Part shown: piece after piece, positions 1-10,821 of the stretch
Layout of the letters: every line of letters starts with the position of its first letter
Numbering within the stretch: the first letter of the stretch is position 1
Source of the DNA: Macrostomum lignano
Taxonomy: Eukaryota
DNA length: 64,000 nucleotides
Direction of reading: 5' to 3'
NCBI GenBank assembly: GCA_002269645.1
Contig: NIVC01002165.1
Coordinates: 62,001 to 126,000, forward strand
The notes under the pieces: generated by a model
What the model was told of the DNA's origin: nothing
Seen by the model: the letters and a program-made list of their open reading frames with translations, nothing else
Database searches by the model: none
Position numbers and translations under genes: made by a program

Positions 1-1231
1 CCAAGGCTGAGCGGTCCGGCTTCCCTGGCGACAAGTCCAAGAACGCCGCGGCGCCTGCCGCCAACGATGACGACGACGACGTTGACCTGTTTGGTAGCGA
101 CGATGAGAACGACGCCGAAGCTGAGCGCATCAAGCAGGTGAAATCTCATTCGGTGTATGTACGCAGCTTAGGCATCTTGCAGACCGTGTCTAGGGTACGG
201 GGAGCTTCAAGGATATTGAAGGCCGTGCTTAGAGTACGGGGAGCTTCAATGATATTGAAGGCCGTGCTTAGAGTACGGGGAGCTTCAATGATATTGAAGG
301 CCGTGCTTAGAGTACTGGGAGCTTCAATGATATTGAAGGCCGTGCTTAGAGTACGGGGAGCTTCAATGATATTGAAGGCCGTGCTTAGAGTACTGGGAGC
401 TTCAATGATATTGAAGGCCGTGCTTAGAGTACTGGGAGCTTCAATGATATTGAAGGCCGTGCTTAGAGTACTGGGAGCTTCAATGATATTGAAGGCCGTG
501 CTTAGAGTACTGGGAGCTTCAATGATATTGAAGGCCGTGCTTAGAGTACTGGGAGCTTCAAGGATATTGAAGGCCGTGCTTAGAGTACTGGGAGCTTCAA
601 TGATATTGAAGGCCGTGCTTAGAGTACTGGGAGCTTCAATGATATTGAAGGCCGTGCTTAGAGTACTGGGAGCTTCAATGATATTGAAGGCCGTGCTTAG
701 AGTACTGGGAGCTTCAATGATATTGAAGGCCGTGCTTAAAGTACGGGGAGCTTCAAGGATATTGAAGGCCGTGCTTAGAGTACTGGGAGCTTCAATGATA
801 TTGAAGGCCGTGCTTAGAGTACGGGGAGCTTCAATGATATTGAAGGCCTGGATTAGAGTATTGTGAGCTTAAAAATCTCAGCGATTTAACGCGTTAACCT
901 TGGCATCCTTCAGGAGCGCCTGCAAGCCTACCAGGAGAAGAAGGCCAAGAAGCCCGCCCTCGTTGCCAAGAGCAGCATCGTGCTAGACGTGAAGCCGTGG
1001 GACGATGAGACTGACATGGCGGAGATGGAGCGCTGCGTTCGCAGCATCGCCACCGACGGCCTCCTGTGGGGCGCCAGCAAGCTGGTGCCGGTTGGCTACG
1101 GCATCAAGAAGCTGCAGATTGGCTGCGTTGTTGAAGACGACAAAGTTGGCACCGACTTCCTAGAGGAGGAGATCACCAAGTTCGAAGACTTGGTCCAATC
1201 TGTGGACGTGGCCGCTTTCCAGAAGATCTGA
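1..1231 (+). CDS. EEF1B2: Elongation factor 1-beta (eEF1B-alpha), 3' part; exons <1-137 and 914-1231
   Basis: Exon 1-137 reads [13 protein letters not shown]...[26 protein letters not shown] donor at 138, AG acceptor at 912-913, phase 0. The next exon reads [34 protein letters not shown]...[14 protein letters not shown]...[11 protein letters not shown], the EF1B GEF domain. AATAAA at 1316-1321. Confidence 0.93.
184..866. repeat. Intronic 39-bp minisatellite (~17 copies), GGGAGCTTCAATGATATTGAAGGCCGTGCTTAGAGTACT
   Basis: Direct tandem copies fill the EF1-beta intron. Most units contain the 7-bp inverted repeat CTTCAAT-gat-ATTGAAG. Confidence 0.97.
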
Positions 1232-2097
1232 GCGAGCCACCTTAGCCCTGGGAGACTGTGCGTTTTGTTTTCAAGTTATTCTTGGCAATCTAAAAAATCA
1301 AATAATTATTCATAAAAATAAACTGTCAGCGACCAAATTTATGCGAATGGTGACAGGCCAATCACTGCCAGATTGATGCATGCTGCCGCTTACAGTGGAC
1401 ACGACAGCTTTGTTGGACTTTAAAATGGATAAATTTAAGTGCCTATCGATGCGCTTTGGTCTTTTTTGCCTTGTCTTTGCTTTCTTCTGTATTACTAAGA
1501 ATTCAGGTGAAATATCTAGGTTAGTTAGAAACAGTAAAAAAAGCGTTTCGGTAATTTTACGCGGCCTACGAAGCCTCTCTATCCGGTTCTTCAGGTCGTT
1601 TGAAACTTTACAATAACAATCCGCCCGTTGAAAAGCGTTACCGTAATCAGAATCATTAAGTGACGCAACTCAGCGATTCTACAGCGACTAGCCAGATACG
1701 ACTATTCGGCCCCAAAGTCATTATCGTAGAAGCGCCCCAGAGTCGCAGACAATAAAACATCTCAAATTTACTCATAGGTGACTCTTAAGCGGACCGGTCC
1801 GATGAAGACGGTCGCGGTAAAATTAAGGTTTATGTGACTCCTCTCATCTGACCCTTGAAGTAAAAAAAGTTAGCCGACCCCAATACTACTGAATAAGTAG
1901 CTTATGAGTGAACAGAAGAATTTCATCCAACCAACAGGGTGATCATTTGCACACGTGTGTACCACAGTTTTCCGCTCTGGGTTTCTCAATTAACCCTTAG
2001 AAATCATTACAGAACAGAGACAATGCATCCTAATGTCCTTTTTAACCTGTGTTCTTGCTGCACATTGACGTTGTTTTAAAGGTTTTGACAAGAAGTC

Positions 2098-4961
2098 ATG
2101 ACCTCGGCGGCGACCCCAGACTCGGCCGCTGCCTCCGTCGACATCAAAGTGGTGCTGCTTGGTCAGCGATACGTTGGCAAGACCGCCCTGATGGAGAGGT
2201 TCCTTCACGACCGATTCCTATCAGCCGATGGCTACCTGACCACCATTGGTGCCGCCTATGGATCTAAGAGACTCATGTTGCAAGCTCCGTCGAATAGATC
2301 CGTGGTGCTTGGAGTCTGGGACACAGCGGGCGGGGAGGAATACCACTCACTGACTCGAATCTACTACAGGGGCTCCAGGGCTGCCGTTCTGTGTTACGAT
2401 GTCACCACCGCCGACAGCTTGGAAAGAGCCAAGTTCTGGGCCGGCGAGCTGGCCAAGCATGAGCCCGACTGTCGGGTGTATCTCTGCGGCTGCAAACTCG
2501 ACCTGGCCACTGAGGACCCGGCCGCCCGGACCGTGTCACCTGCCGCCGTCAAGAAGTTTGCTAATGGTGAGCTGTTAGGGCGATCGGCTGTGAATCACTT
2601 TGCTGATTCAGTTCTTGCCAGTGACTCACTTTGCTGATTGAGTCTTGTCAGTGACTCACTTTGCTGATTGAGTCTTGCCAGTGACTCACTTTGCTGATTG
2701 AGTTCTTGCCAGTGACTCACTTTGCTGATTGAGTCTTGTCAGTGACTCACTTTGCTGATTGAGTTCTTGTCAGTGACTCACTTTGCTGATTGAGTTCTTG
2801 TCAGTGACTCACTTTGCTGATTGAGTTCTTGTCAGTGACTCACTTTGCTGATTGAGTTCTTGTCAGTGACTCACTTTGCTGATTGAGTTTTTGCCAGTGA
2901 CTCACTTTGCTGATTGAGTTCTTGTCAGTGACTCACTTTGCTGATTGAGTTCTTGTCAGTGACTCACTTTGCTGATTGAGTTTTTGCCAGTGACTCACTT
3001 TGCTGATTGAGTTTTTGCCAGTGACTCACTTTGCTGATTGAGTTCTTGCCAGTGACTCACTTTGCTGATTGAGTCTTGTCAGTGACTCACTTTGCTGATT
3101 GAGTTCTTGTCAGTGACTCACTTTGCTGATTGAGTCTTGTCAGTGACTCACTTTGCTGATTGAGTTCTTGCCAGTGACTCACTTTGCTGATTGAGTTCTT
3201 GCCAGTGACTCACTTTGCTGATTGAGTTCTTGTCAGTGACTCACTTTGCTGATTGAGTTCTTGTCAGTGACTCACTTTGCTGATTGAGTTCTTGCCAGTG
3301 ACTCACTTTGCTGATTGAGTTCTTGCCAGTGACTCACTTTGCTGATTGAGTTCTTGCCAGTGACTCACTTTGCTGATTGAGTTCTTGTCAGTGACTCACT
3401 TTGCTGATTGAGTTTTTGCCAGTGACTCACTTTGCTGATTGAGTTTTTGCCAGTGACTCACTTTGCTGATTGAGTTCTTGCCAGTGACTCACTTTGCTGA
3501 TTGAGTTCTTGCCAGTGACTCACTTTGCTGATTGAGTTCTTGCCAGTGACTCACTTTGCTGATTGAGTTCTTGTCAGTGACTCACTTTGCTGATTGAGTT
3601 TTTGCCAGTGACTCACTTTGCTGATTGAGTTTTTGCCAGTGACTCACTTTGCTGATTGAGTTCTTGCCAGTGACTCACTTTGCTGATTGAGTCTTGTCAG
3701 TGACTCACTTTGCTGATTGAGTTCTTGTCAGTGACTCACTTTGCTGATTGAGTTTTTGCCAGTGACTCACTTTGCTGATTGAGTTCTTGCCAGTGACTCA
3801 CTTTGCTGATTGAGTTCTTGTCAGTGACTCACTTTGCTGATTGAGTTCTTGTCAGTGACTCACTTTGCTGATTGAGTTCTTGCCAGTGACTCACTTTGCT
3901 GATTGAGTTCTTGCCAGTGACTCACTTTGCTGATTGAGTTCTTGCCAGTGACTCACTTTGCTGATTGAGTTCTTGTCAGTGACTCACTTTGCTGATTGAG
4001 TTTTTGCCAGTGACTCACTTTGCTGATTGAGTTTTTGCCAGTGACTCACTTTGCTGATTGAGTTCTTGCCAGTGACTCACTTTGCTGATTGAGTCTTGTC
4101 AGTGACTCACTTTGCTGATTGAGTTCTTGTCAGTGACTCACTTTGCTGATTGAGTCTTGTCAGTGACTCACTTTGCTGATTGAGTTCTTGCCAGTGACTC
4201 ACTTTGCTGATTGAGTTCTTGCCAGTGACTCACTTTGCTGATTGAGTTCTTGTCAGTGACTCACTTTGCTGATTGAGTTCTTGTCAGTGACTCACTTTGC
4301 TGATTGAGTTCTTGCCAGTGACTCACTTTGCTGATTGAGTTCTTGCCAGTGACTCACTTTGCTGATTGAGTTCTTGCCAGTGACTCACTTTGCTGATTGA
4401 GTTCTTGTCAGTGACTCACTTTGCTGATTGAGTTCTTGTCAGTGACTCACTTTGCTGATTGAGTTCTTGCCAGTGACTCACTTTGCTGATTGAGTTCTTG
4501 CCAGTGACTCACTTTGCTGATTGAGTTCTTGCCAGTGACTCACTTTGCTGATTGAGTTCTTGTCAGTGACTCACTTTGCTGATTGAGTTCTTGTCAGTGA
4601 CTCACTTTGCTGATTGAGTTCTTGTCAGTGACTCACTTTGCTGATTGAGTTCTGATTAATGTCGCCAAAGACGTTGCGCCAGGATGGCCGCAAACACCCT
4701 ATCAGAATATTCAATATTTATGTTATTTGCAATGACCGGTCAGTGTGACTGCCCCCACCGCAACCCGCAGATCTGGGCGCTTCAATATTCGAAACTTCAA
4801 GCAAAACAGGCGAAAATGTTGCCGAACTGTTTGCCGCAATTGCCCAAGATTTTGTCCGAGGTTCCTCTGGCGACTCAGCTGCTGAGGCGTCTGGCACAGT
4901 TTCGCTAAGCAGAAACGCCAACCAGCAACAACAGCAGCAGAAGAAGCAGTGTGGCTGCTAG
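2098..4961 (+). CDS. RAB24: Rab24-like small GTPase; exons 2098-2566 and 4771-4961
   Basis: VDIKVVLLGQRYVGKT (P-loop), TIGAA, WDTAG, RIYYRG, ERAKFW and YLCGCK match Rab24. Donor GTGAG at 2567, acceptor CAG at 4768-4770, phase 1. Exon 2 reads (D)LGASIFETSSKTGENVAELF...KKQCGC*, with the G5 motif and a CXC prenylation site. Confidence 0.9.
2595..4652. repeat. Intronic 31-bp minisatellite (~66 copies), GTTCTTGYCAGTGACTCACTTTGCTGATTGA
   Basis: Tandem copies with 30/31-bp variants fill about 93% of the Rab24 intron. Confidence 0.97.
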
Positions 4962-5756
4962 GCTTACAAATTTACATTAATAATAATTACGCTATGAATA
5001 AGCTGTTGACTAATACTTTTATTAGTTCAATACTCACTTATCCAATGACACGTGGCTTCATCAGCATACTACTCGCTAGTAGGCATGTCGCACATTAATC
5101 TATCCGATTGCAACCCCCACGGGCTAAGAAAAACGAATCAGATTTAAAGGGTTTAAATTGGCACGTCTTTCACAGCTTTAATTGTTGTAAAAAAATTAAA
5201 TTATTGATTGGAATTTTGCGTCATTAATTTTGATTTCATTTGCCAAGTCGGGTTTTATTCTTTTATCCACTATATTTGCTTTCCAGAGTGCCTTAAGCCT
5301 TCAAGTTGCGCCTTTGCACCGTCGTTTTTATCATATTGTGAGATATTGTTTACTTTTTAATCCACTATGCTGATACACTCTATAATCAAAATATACGCTA
5401 TATACAATTGGCTTTTGTATGCTAAAACTTTTTCTTGCTCCGCCTACGTACTTGTAATACTCGTAAGACTATCTATATTTAAACCAGAATTTGTTCAGAT
5501 TTTTTTCACATTTTATTGGGCCACCGAACCTACAAAGTATGGGCTAGATGGTTTTAAGAATGTGCTGAACGGTCTTGACATCGGCATCTTAAATTTTAGT
5601 ATCCTCACATTGAGTCTGAAAGTGTCGCAATGTCATGAGATCGTGAGCGCCAGTGCAACTTCGCAAATTTCTGTAGTTATGCATCATTTTTAATTAGTCT
5701 GCGCGCGTTGTGCAATGCACTGCAGCCCTCCCATTTAGAATGTCTATGGCCAAGAG

Positions 5757-6531
5757 GCTGGTAGGTGCCCCTGTCTCTTGGTGGGCGCCCCTGTCTCTTG
5801 GTGGGCGCCCCTGTCTCTTGGTGGGCGCCCCTGTCTCTTGGTTGGCGCCCCTGTCTCTCTGGGTGGGCGCCCCTGTCTCTTGGTTGGCGCCCCTGTCTCT
5901 TGGTGGGCGCCCCCGTCTCTTGGTGGGCGCCCCTGTCTCTTGGTTGGCGCCTCTGTCTCTCTGGGTGGGCGCCCCTGTCTCTTGGTTGGCGCCCCTGTCT
6001 CTTGGTGGGCGCCCCCGTCTCTTGGTGGGCGCCCCTGTCTCTCTGGGTGGGCGCCCCTGTCTCTTGGTTGGCGCCTCTGTCTCTCTGGGTGGGCGCCCCT
6101 GTCTCTTGGTTGGCGCCCCTGTCTCTTGGTGGGCGCCCCCGTCTCTTGGTGGGCGCCCCTGTCTCTTGGTTGGCGCCTCTGTCTCTCTGGGTGGGCGCCC
6201 CTGTCTCTTGGTTGGCGCTTCTGTCTCTCTGGGTGGCCGCCCCTGTCTCTTGGTGGGCGCCCCCGTCTCTTGGTGGGCGCCCCTGTCTCTTGGTTGGCGC
6301 CTCTGTCTCTCTGGGTGGGCGCCCCTGTCTCTTGGTGGGCGCCTCTGTCTCTCTTGGTGGGCGCCTCTGTCTCTTGGTGGGCGCCTCTGTCTCTCTTGGT
6401 TGGCGCCCCTGTCTCTTGGTGGGCGACCCTGTCTCTTGGTGGCCGCCCCTGTCTCTTGGTTGGCGCCCCTGTCTCTTGGTGGGAGCCCCTGTCTCTTGGT
6501 GGCCGCCCCTGTCTCTTGGTGGGAGCCCCTA
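5757..6531. repeat. ~20-bp GC-rich minisatellite, GGTGGGCGCCCCTGTCTCTT (19-22-bp variants)
   Basis: Direct tandem repeats. The overlapping long ORFs in several frames are repeat artefacts. Confidence 0.95.
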
Positions 6532-8144
6532 CCCCTACGTGTCCCCCCCCTACAATAATATACATGCGCACTTATATTCTAGGCTGTTGGATACCGTTGT
6601 CCAAGAGTTGACAAAAGTTAAGCTATTCATGGAGCTGCGTTACATGTGTAGCTATGTCTTATTTAGTGGCAATTTGTGGTGGTTCCACTTGATGTTGACT
6701 ACTCTAGTTTAGCCCAAGGGCACTAATATTCTTATCTCTTGTATCGCTTGATTTCAAAACCAGCTAGCTAGTCTATTTTAACTAATAAAAAAAGGTCTCC
6801 ATGTCCTTAAATATGGAACTGAAATTCGAAGTTTCCAAAAAGGACAAAAATCAGTGGTCGCTGCGTCCCAACCGCATGGACTTGTCCGTACCATTCTGGG
6901 GTCACCATTGATGTCTGCCGCCAACTTGAATCTTTAATTTGATTCTTCAAGGTGCAGAAAATTTTTTGCTTGAGAACTTTGCTAGTGAATGACGGCGCCG
7001 GCGTACAATCTGTGATGGCAGGCTTTGTGCCTAGCTAGTTCCTTAGTTACTAGGGCCTGATATGCATAAGGGATCTCTCGATTGCCAATCAATTCTCGAG
7101 GCGTTGCCTCCCAAGGCAGGCCGAATATTTTAGTCCCACTTGAGCGCGCGCTGCACTTCTCAAAGCCGGGCCACTTCGTCGGGACGGGGAGCAGATGAGG
7201 GAGACGAAAGTGGGAAGAGTGCTTGGAATTGGAGTCTCCCTTTAGCAACTAAACTGCCTAGCTCTCACTCTCATTTCCCATTCCTTCATTCATCCTCATT
7301 CTCTCTCGCTCCTTGACGCTTGCCCGGCGCATGTGATGCAAATAGAGCTCGCCTGAGCATCCGATATATTAAATAACGAATGCGCGAATTGAATCTTGCA
7401 ATTTTTGGTTGAACATCGGAAGTGATTAAACATTGGTATGGCATCGCATCTCTTGGCTTTCATTGCGAATTGTGGTAGAACTATTTGAGCACTGGCCCAG
7501 TTTTTGTACCTGGGCCGTTATTGCGTGTTCGATAATTTTTTAGCGAATATTAAGTTGCACATCACCATTTCACAATGATTTATCACATTGCTTTTGCTCA
7601 AACTGTCCCAATTTCTGCCGCCTCATGCAGACGATGCGGGCCAAGCAACTGGGGGATTCTGGACCACTAGGACTGGCCTCTGGAATGAGGATTAAGCAAC
7701 CGGCCGGGCGAGGGAGCAGAGTGCCTCTCGCCTCTCCGATTTCCCTGACGCAGCCTCCTTATAGCGCGTCGCCCGAGGGACCCGCGCCGCTGAAGGGCTG
7801 GGCAGCGCTGGCTAGAAACTGCCCCCCATCCAGGGCCAAACTCGTCCCCAACTTTTCTGGTCCACAACCAGCCGCGCCTCCCATTTCCCCTGTTCTCTCC
7901 GGCCTCCTTCGCCTACTCAGCCTGAGCCTCTGAGTAGCCCAGGCTTCTCCAGCCGGCCAACCCCCCTGGGGAACACGGCGCTCCTCCTCCCTCCGCTGAG
8001 ATCCCACCAGTCTGATGAGGGCTTAGAGGAGCAAGCCGGGATAGCAAACTCTTTCTTTACCCCCGCCCCCATTCCCACTCTTTTAATCCCCCATCTTGTA
8101 GTCTTATATATAGTGCTTCCCCAGCCTAGTACTAGCACTCTAAT

Positions 8145-8145
<1 letters not shown>

Positions 8146-8175
<30 letters not shown>
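8146..8175. repeat. (CT)n microsatellite
   Basis: Perfect dinucleotide run within a GC-rich region upstream of the KIAA0513-like gene. Confidence 0.9.
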
Positions 8176-8179
<4 letters not shown>

Positions 8180-10821
8180 CGCAGGCGCACACTCTAGGCT
8201 GCAAAGAAGGTAAAACGCTCAGTGTGCGCATTGCGGTTTGGACAGCAGCAGAGCGGAGGTTGGGAGAGGAGGCTGGCAGGGGAGATAAGATGGGGAAGGG
8301 GCCTCCATCCCGCCTTTCCTCTTCCGTATCGACCAAGCGGGGCGGAGGTGGGAGGCGGCGGAGAAGGGGGAGAGAGTAGGAGAGAAGGAATGGACAGGCT
8401 GGGCGAGTATTGCGGGATAGCAAAGCCCGACGCTCAGGCGCCCCCTCCTCCGGCACGGCCGTCCCATCCCAGCTCCTTCGCTTAGCCTCAAAAGAGTTTT
8501 CCAAAACGGCACTGCAGGCCTTTCCTCCCCCTTTACTCCCCAATCCGGGCAGCCTACTTTAGTCTAAAAAAGCCGGTCGCGCAGGCTAGTTTGCCCCTCC
8601 CCCACCACCCCGGGATTTTCAACTTTATTCAAATAATCAACTTTGTTTTAACCGGTCGTGCTGTCCCCCCCCCTCCATTAAATTCCGTGGCATCAAACGA
8701 CCCGAAGGCAGAGCAACAGGACGCTTCAAATGTGACCCGTGAGCAGAATAATTGCCAGTCGGACAGTCAAACAGCAAATATTAGAGTTTATAAAAAAGCT
8801 CCCGAGAGTCAGCACTTGGCCAGCTCTGAAAAAGCCACAGGTGAGACAATTTCTTTCTCTGAGATGTTCCTACGCTCATTGCCGCTGGACATAAAAAGTA
8901 AAGACTTATTGACCACAATAATAAGTCACTCCTAAAAACCCCTTCTCTCAAACTCAACTCGACAGCCCTGCTCAATCTGCCCCTCTACGTACTCAAAAAC
9001 CCTTTATCGCTATCGAGCCCAGCTGATCCCAGGCATCGCTTTCATCTTTAATGAGCTTCTACTCCAACCAGACCTGAAAAGTTGGCCGCAGCATCAAACT
9101 TTGCAACAAGTTGATGCGGCATCTAGATGGGGAACGGTTTCTCGGCGCATTAGATCTGATGGGATCCGACAAGATCCGCTCCCCCCCCTAGCCTTCCCGT
9201 GGGACTCAGCCTGTATTGAAGCTTGTAGATGTTGCTAGCAGCATCTGCCTCCCCGAGGCCTCAAAGTTTTCTTTCCACTTCTTTGAGTTCATCTCGGTTG
9301 AAAAAGGCATCAAAACCTGCAGAGCCTTGGTGTTTATATTTACTCGGCGACTATACTCGCCAGTGCTCAACCCACCGCAAAGTTGAGTTCAGTAGACAAA
9401 ACTATAAAAGACGAGATATTGGACTGATAAAGACTCGCTCAAATTTCACTTCTAAGATGCCTTCAAATGGGAAGTTGATAGTATTTTTTACATAATTTTT
9501 TATGTTTACTTTGTACTCTGCTTTTACCAAACATTAAATGTGTTACAGACATGGAGCACTGCTGGCTTCGAGAAAGGAAAGTGTTGTATATCACAGACGC
9601 TTGGGCATAAAGCTCTATAATCTTGCACAGGGGGGGGGAATAAGTCTTGGCGTGACAGGAAATCAAGCCAGCCCTCCGACTCTTAAACCCCACCGCAGTG
9701 GTCGAATCAACTTTGCCCGACCTTTGAGTTGTTTTATTTCACCCGCAAGGCAATCAGAACAAAGTGCAACCCCAGTCTAGAATGGACTTGCTGGCCTCAC
9801 TTTGGTTTCCCGCCTGTCGGCTCTTGAAGCAGAATGCTACTGCGCAGTCTGGAATGAAGCCTTCATTCGAGATTGCCGTCCACCAACTGCTTCTTCTGCT
9901 TCAATATGTTCTTTCTCGGTCTCTTCCCTGGTGCGGACTCTCGTCTCTCCCACACTGCCTCTCAAAGCTAGCCAAGAGTAGCCAGAAACAACAGCAGGTA
10001 AAATTTATTTGCTCCTATTGATTTAACGACACCCGACCCGTCCGCTAGCAGCGCTTTTCCTATAAGCCAGCCCCCCCCCTCATTTTCTGTTGCCGAATTC
10101 CTGCAGGGGAGATGGACCAGGGATTTCTGCACACACGCACAGCCTCGAGCGCCTCGCAAATAGCAGCAATCGAGCTTTGCTGTGCCCGCCCAGCTCCCGG
10201 GCTCAATTAGGGCGGTTCTCACGTCTGCAAGTCTAGCTCTCTATCCTGTTGTGTTCCCCTTCGCATTACTGAGGACTGTTTAGCCGGCTCCTAATTCATT
10301 CAGATTGATTGCCATTCTCCACTGTTTGCCTGCGCTGAGCTGCAGTAGATAGGACGGTTAGAAGGGTTTGTTAGAGCAGCAGCTCATCGCATCCTTCTCG
10401 ACTCATTCTCATCGCTATGGTTTCTGCTTAAAGATGCACCGTCTGAATCTAGAGTAAGCCGTCCTTGTCGCCGCAGAAATCAGAAGGGTAAAAACGGCTA
10501 CTTGAATTGGAAATGACAGCCTGAAACTAAGTGGAGAAAATAGGAAAATTTTTATCAGACACCAATGTGCTTGGGATATGAGAGATGGAGCTTTCCAGCT
10601 GCACCATCCTGTAAAGCCCAATCAACATGCTTCTCTCTTGAGACCTACTCGAAATCTGCTTATGAAATGGAGGAAGTTTCGATTTCTATTAGAGGGTTCA
10701 GACTTCGGATCAGAGGCCCAGGGGCCCAGTGCACCGAGTGCTCCATTGGAATTAAGAATATTTGGAATGGCGCGTCTGGTCTCACTGCCACCTTATCTAT
10801 TCGGTTAGGCCGTCAGTCGCC

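Noticed and set aside
1330-1620. Open frames on both strands between EF1-beta and Rab24
   Set aside because: No recognisable domain, no convincing ATG or exon chain, and AT-rich intergenic composition.
184-4652. CRISPR-like arrays (regular 31-39-bp palindromic repeats)
   Set aside because: The units are head-to-tail with no unique spacers, lie inside spliceosomal introns, and no cas genes are present.
5710-6712. Long ORFs of 275-315 aa in several frames
   Set aside because: They are translations of a 20-bp minisatellite with no non-repetitive coding context. The same applies to 14667-15743, 15826-16470, 57767-58612 and 62647-63263.
8005-8050. Hammerhead-ribozyme-like CTGATGA followed by a GGCTT/AAGCC stem
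   Set aside because: The required GAAA after stem II and a stem III/cleavage triplet are absent.
6900-10200. GC-rich region with many short ORFs, considered as a novel element or gene
   Set aside because: No TIR, LTR, TSD or domain is recognisable. A faint similarity between two short translated segments (~6950 minus and ~8760 plus) is too weak to support. More likely regulatory DNA upstream of the KIAA0513-like gene.
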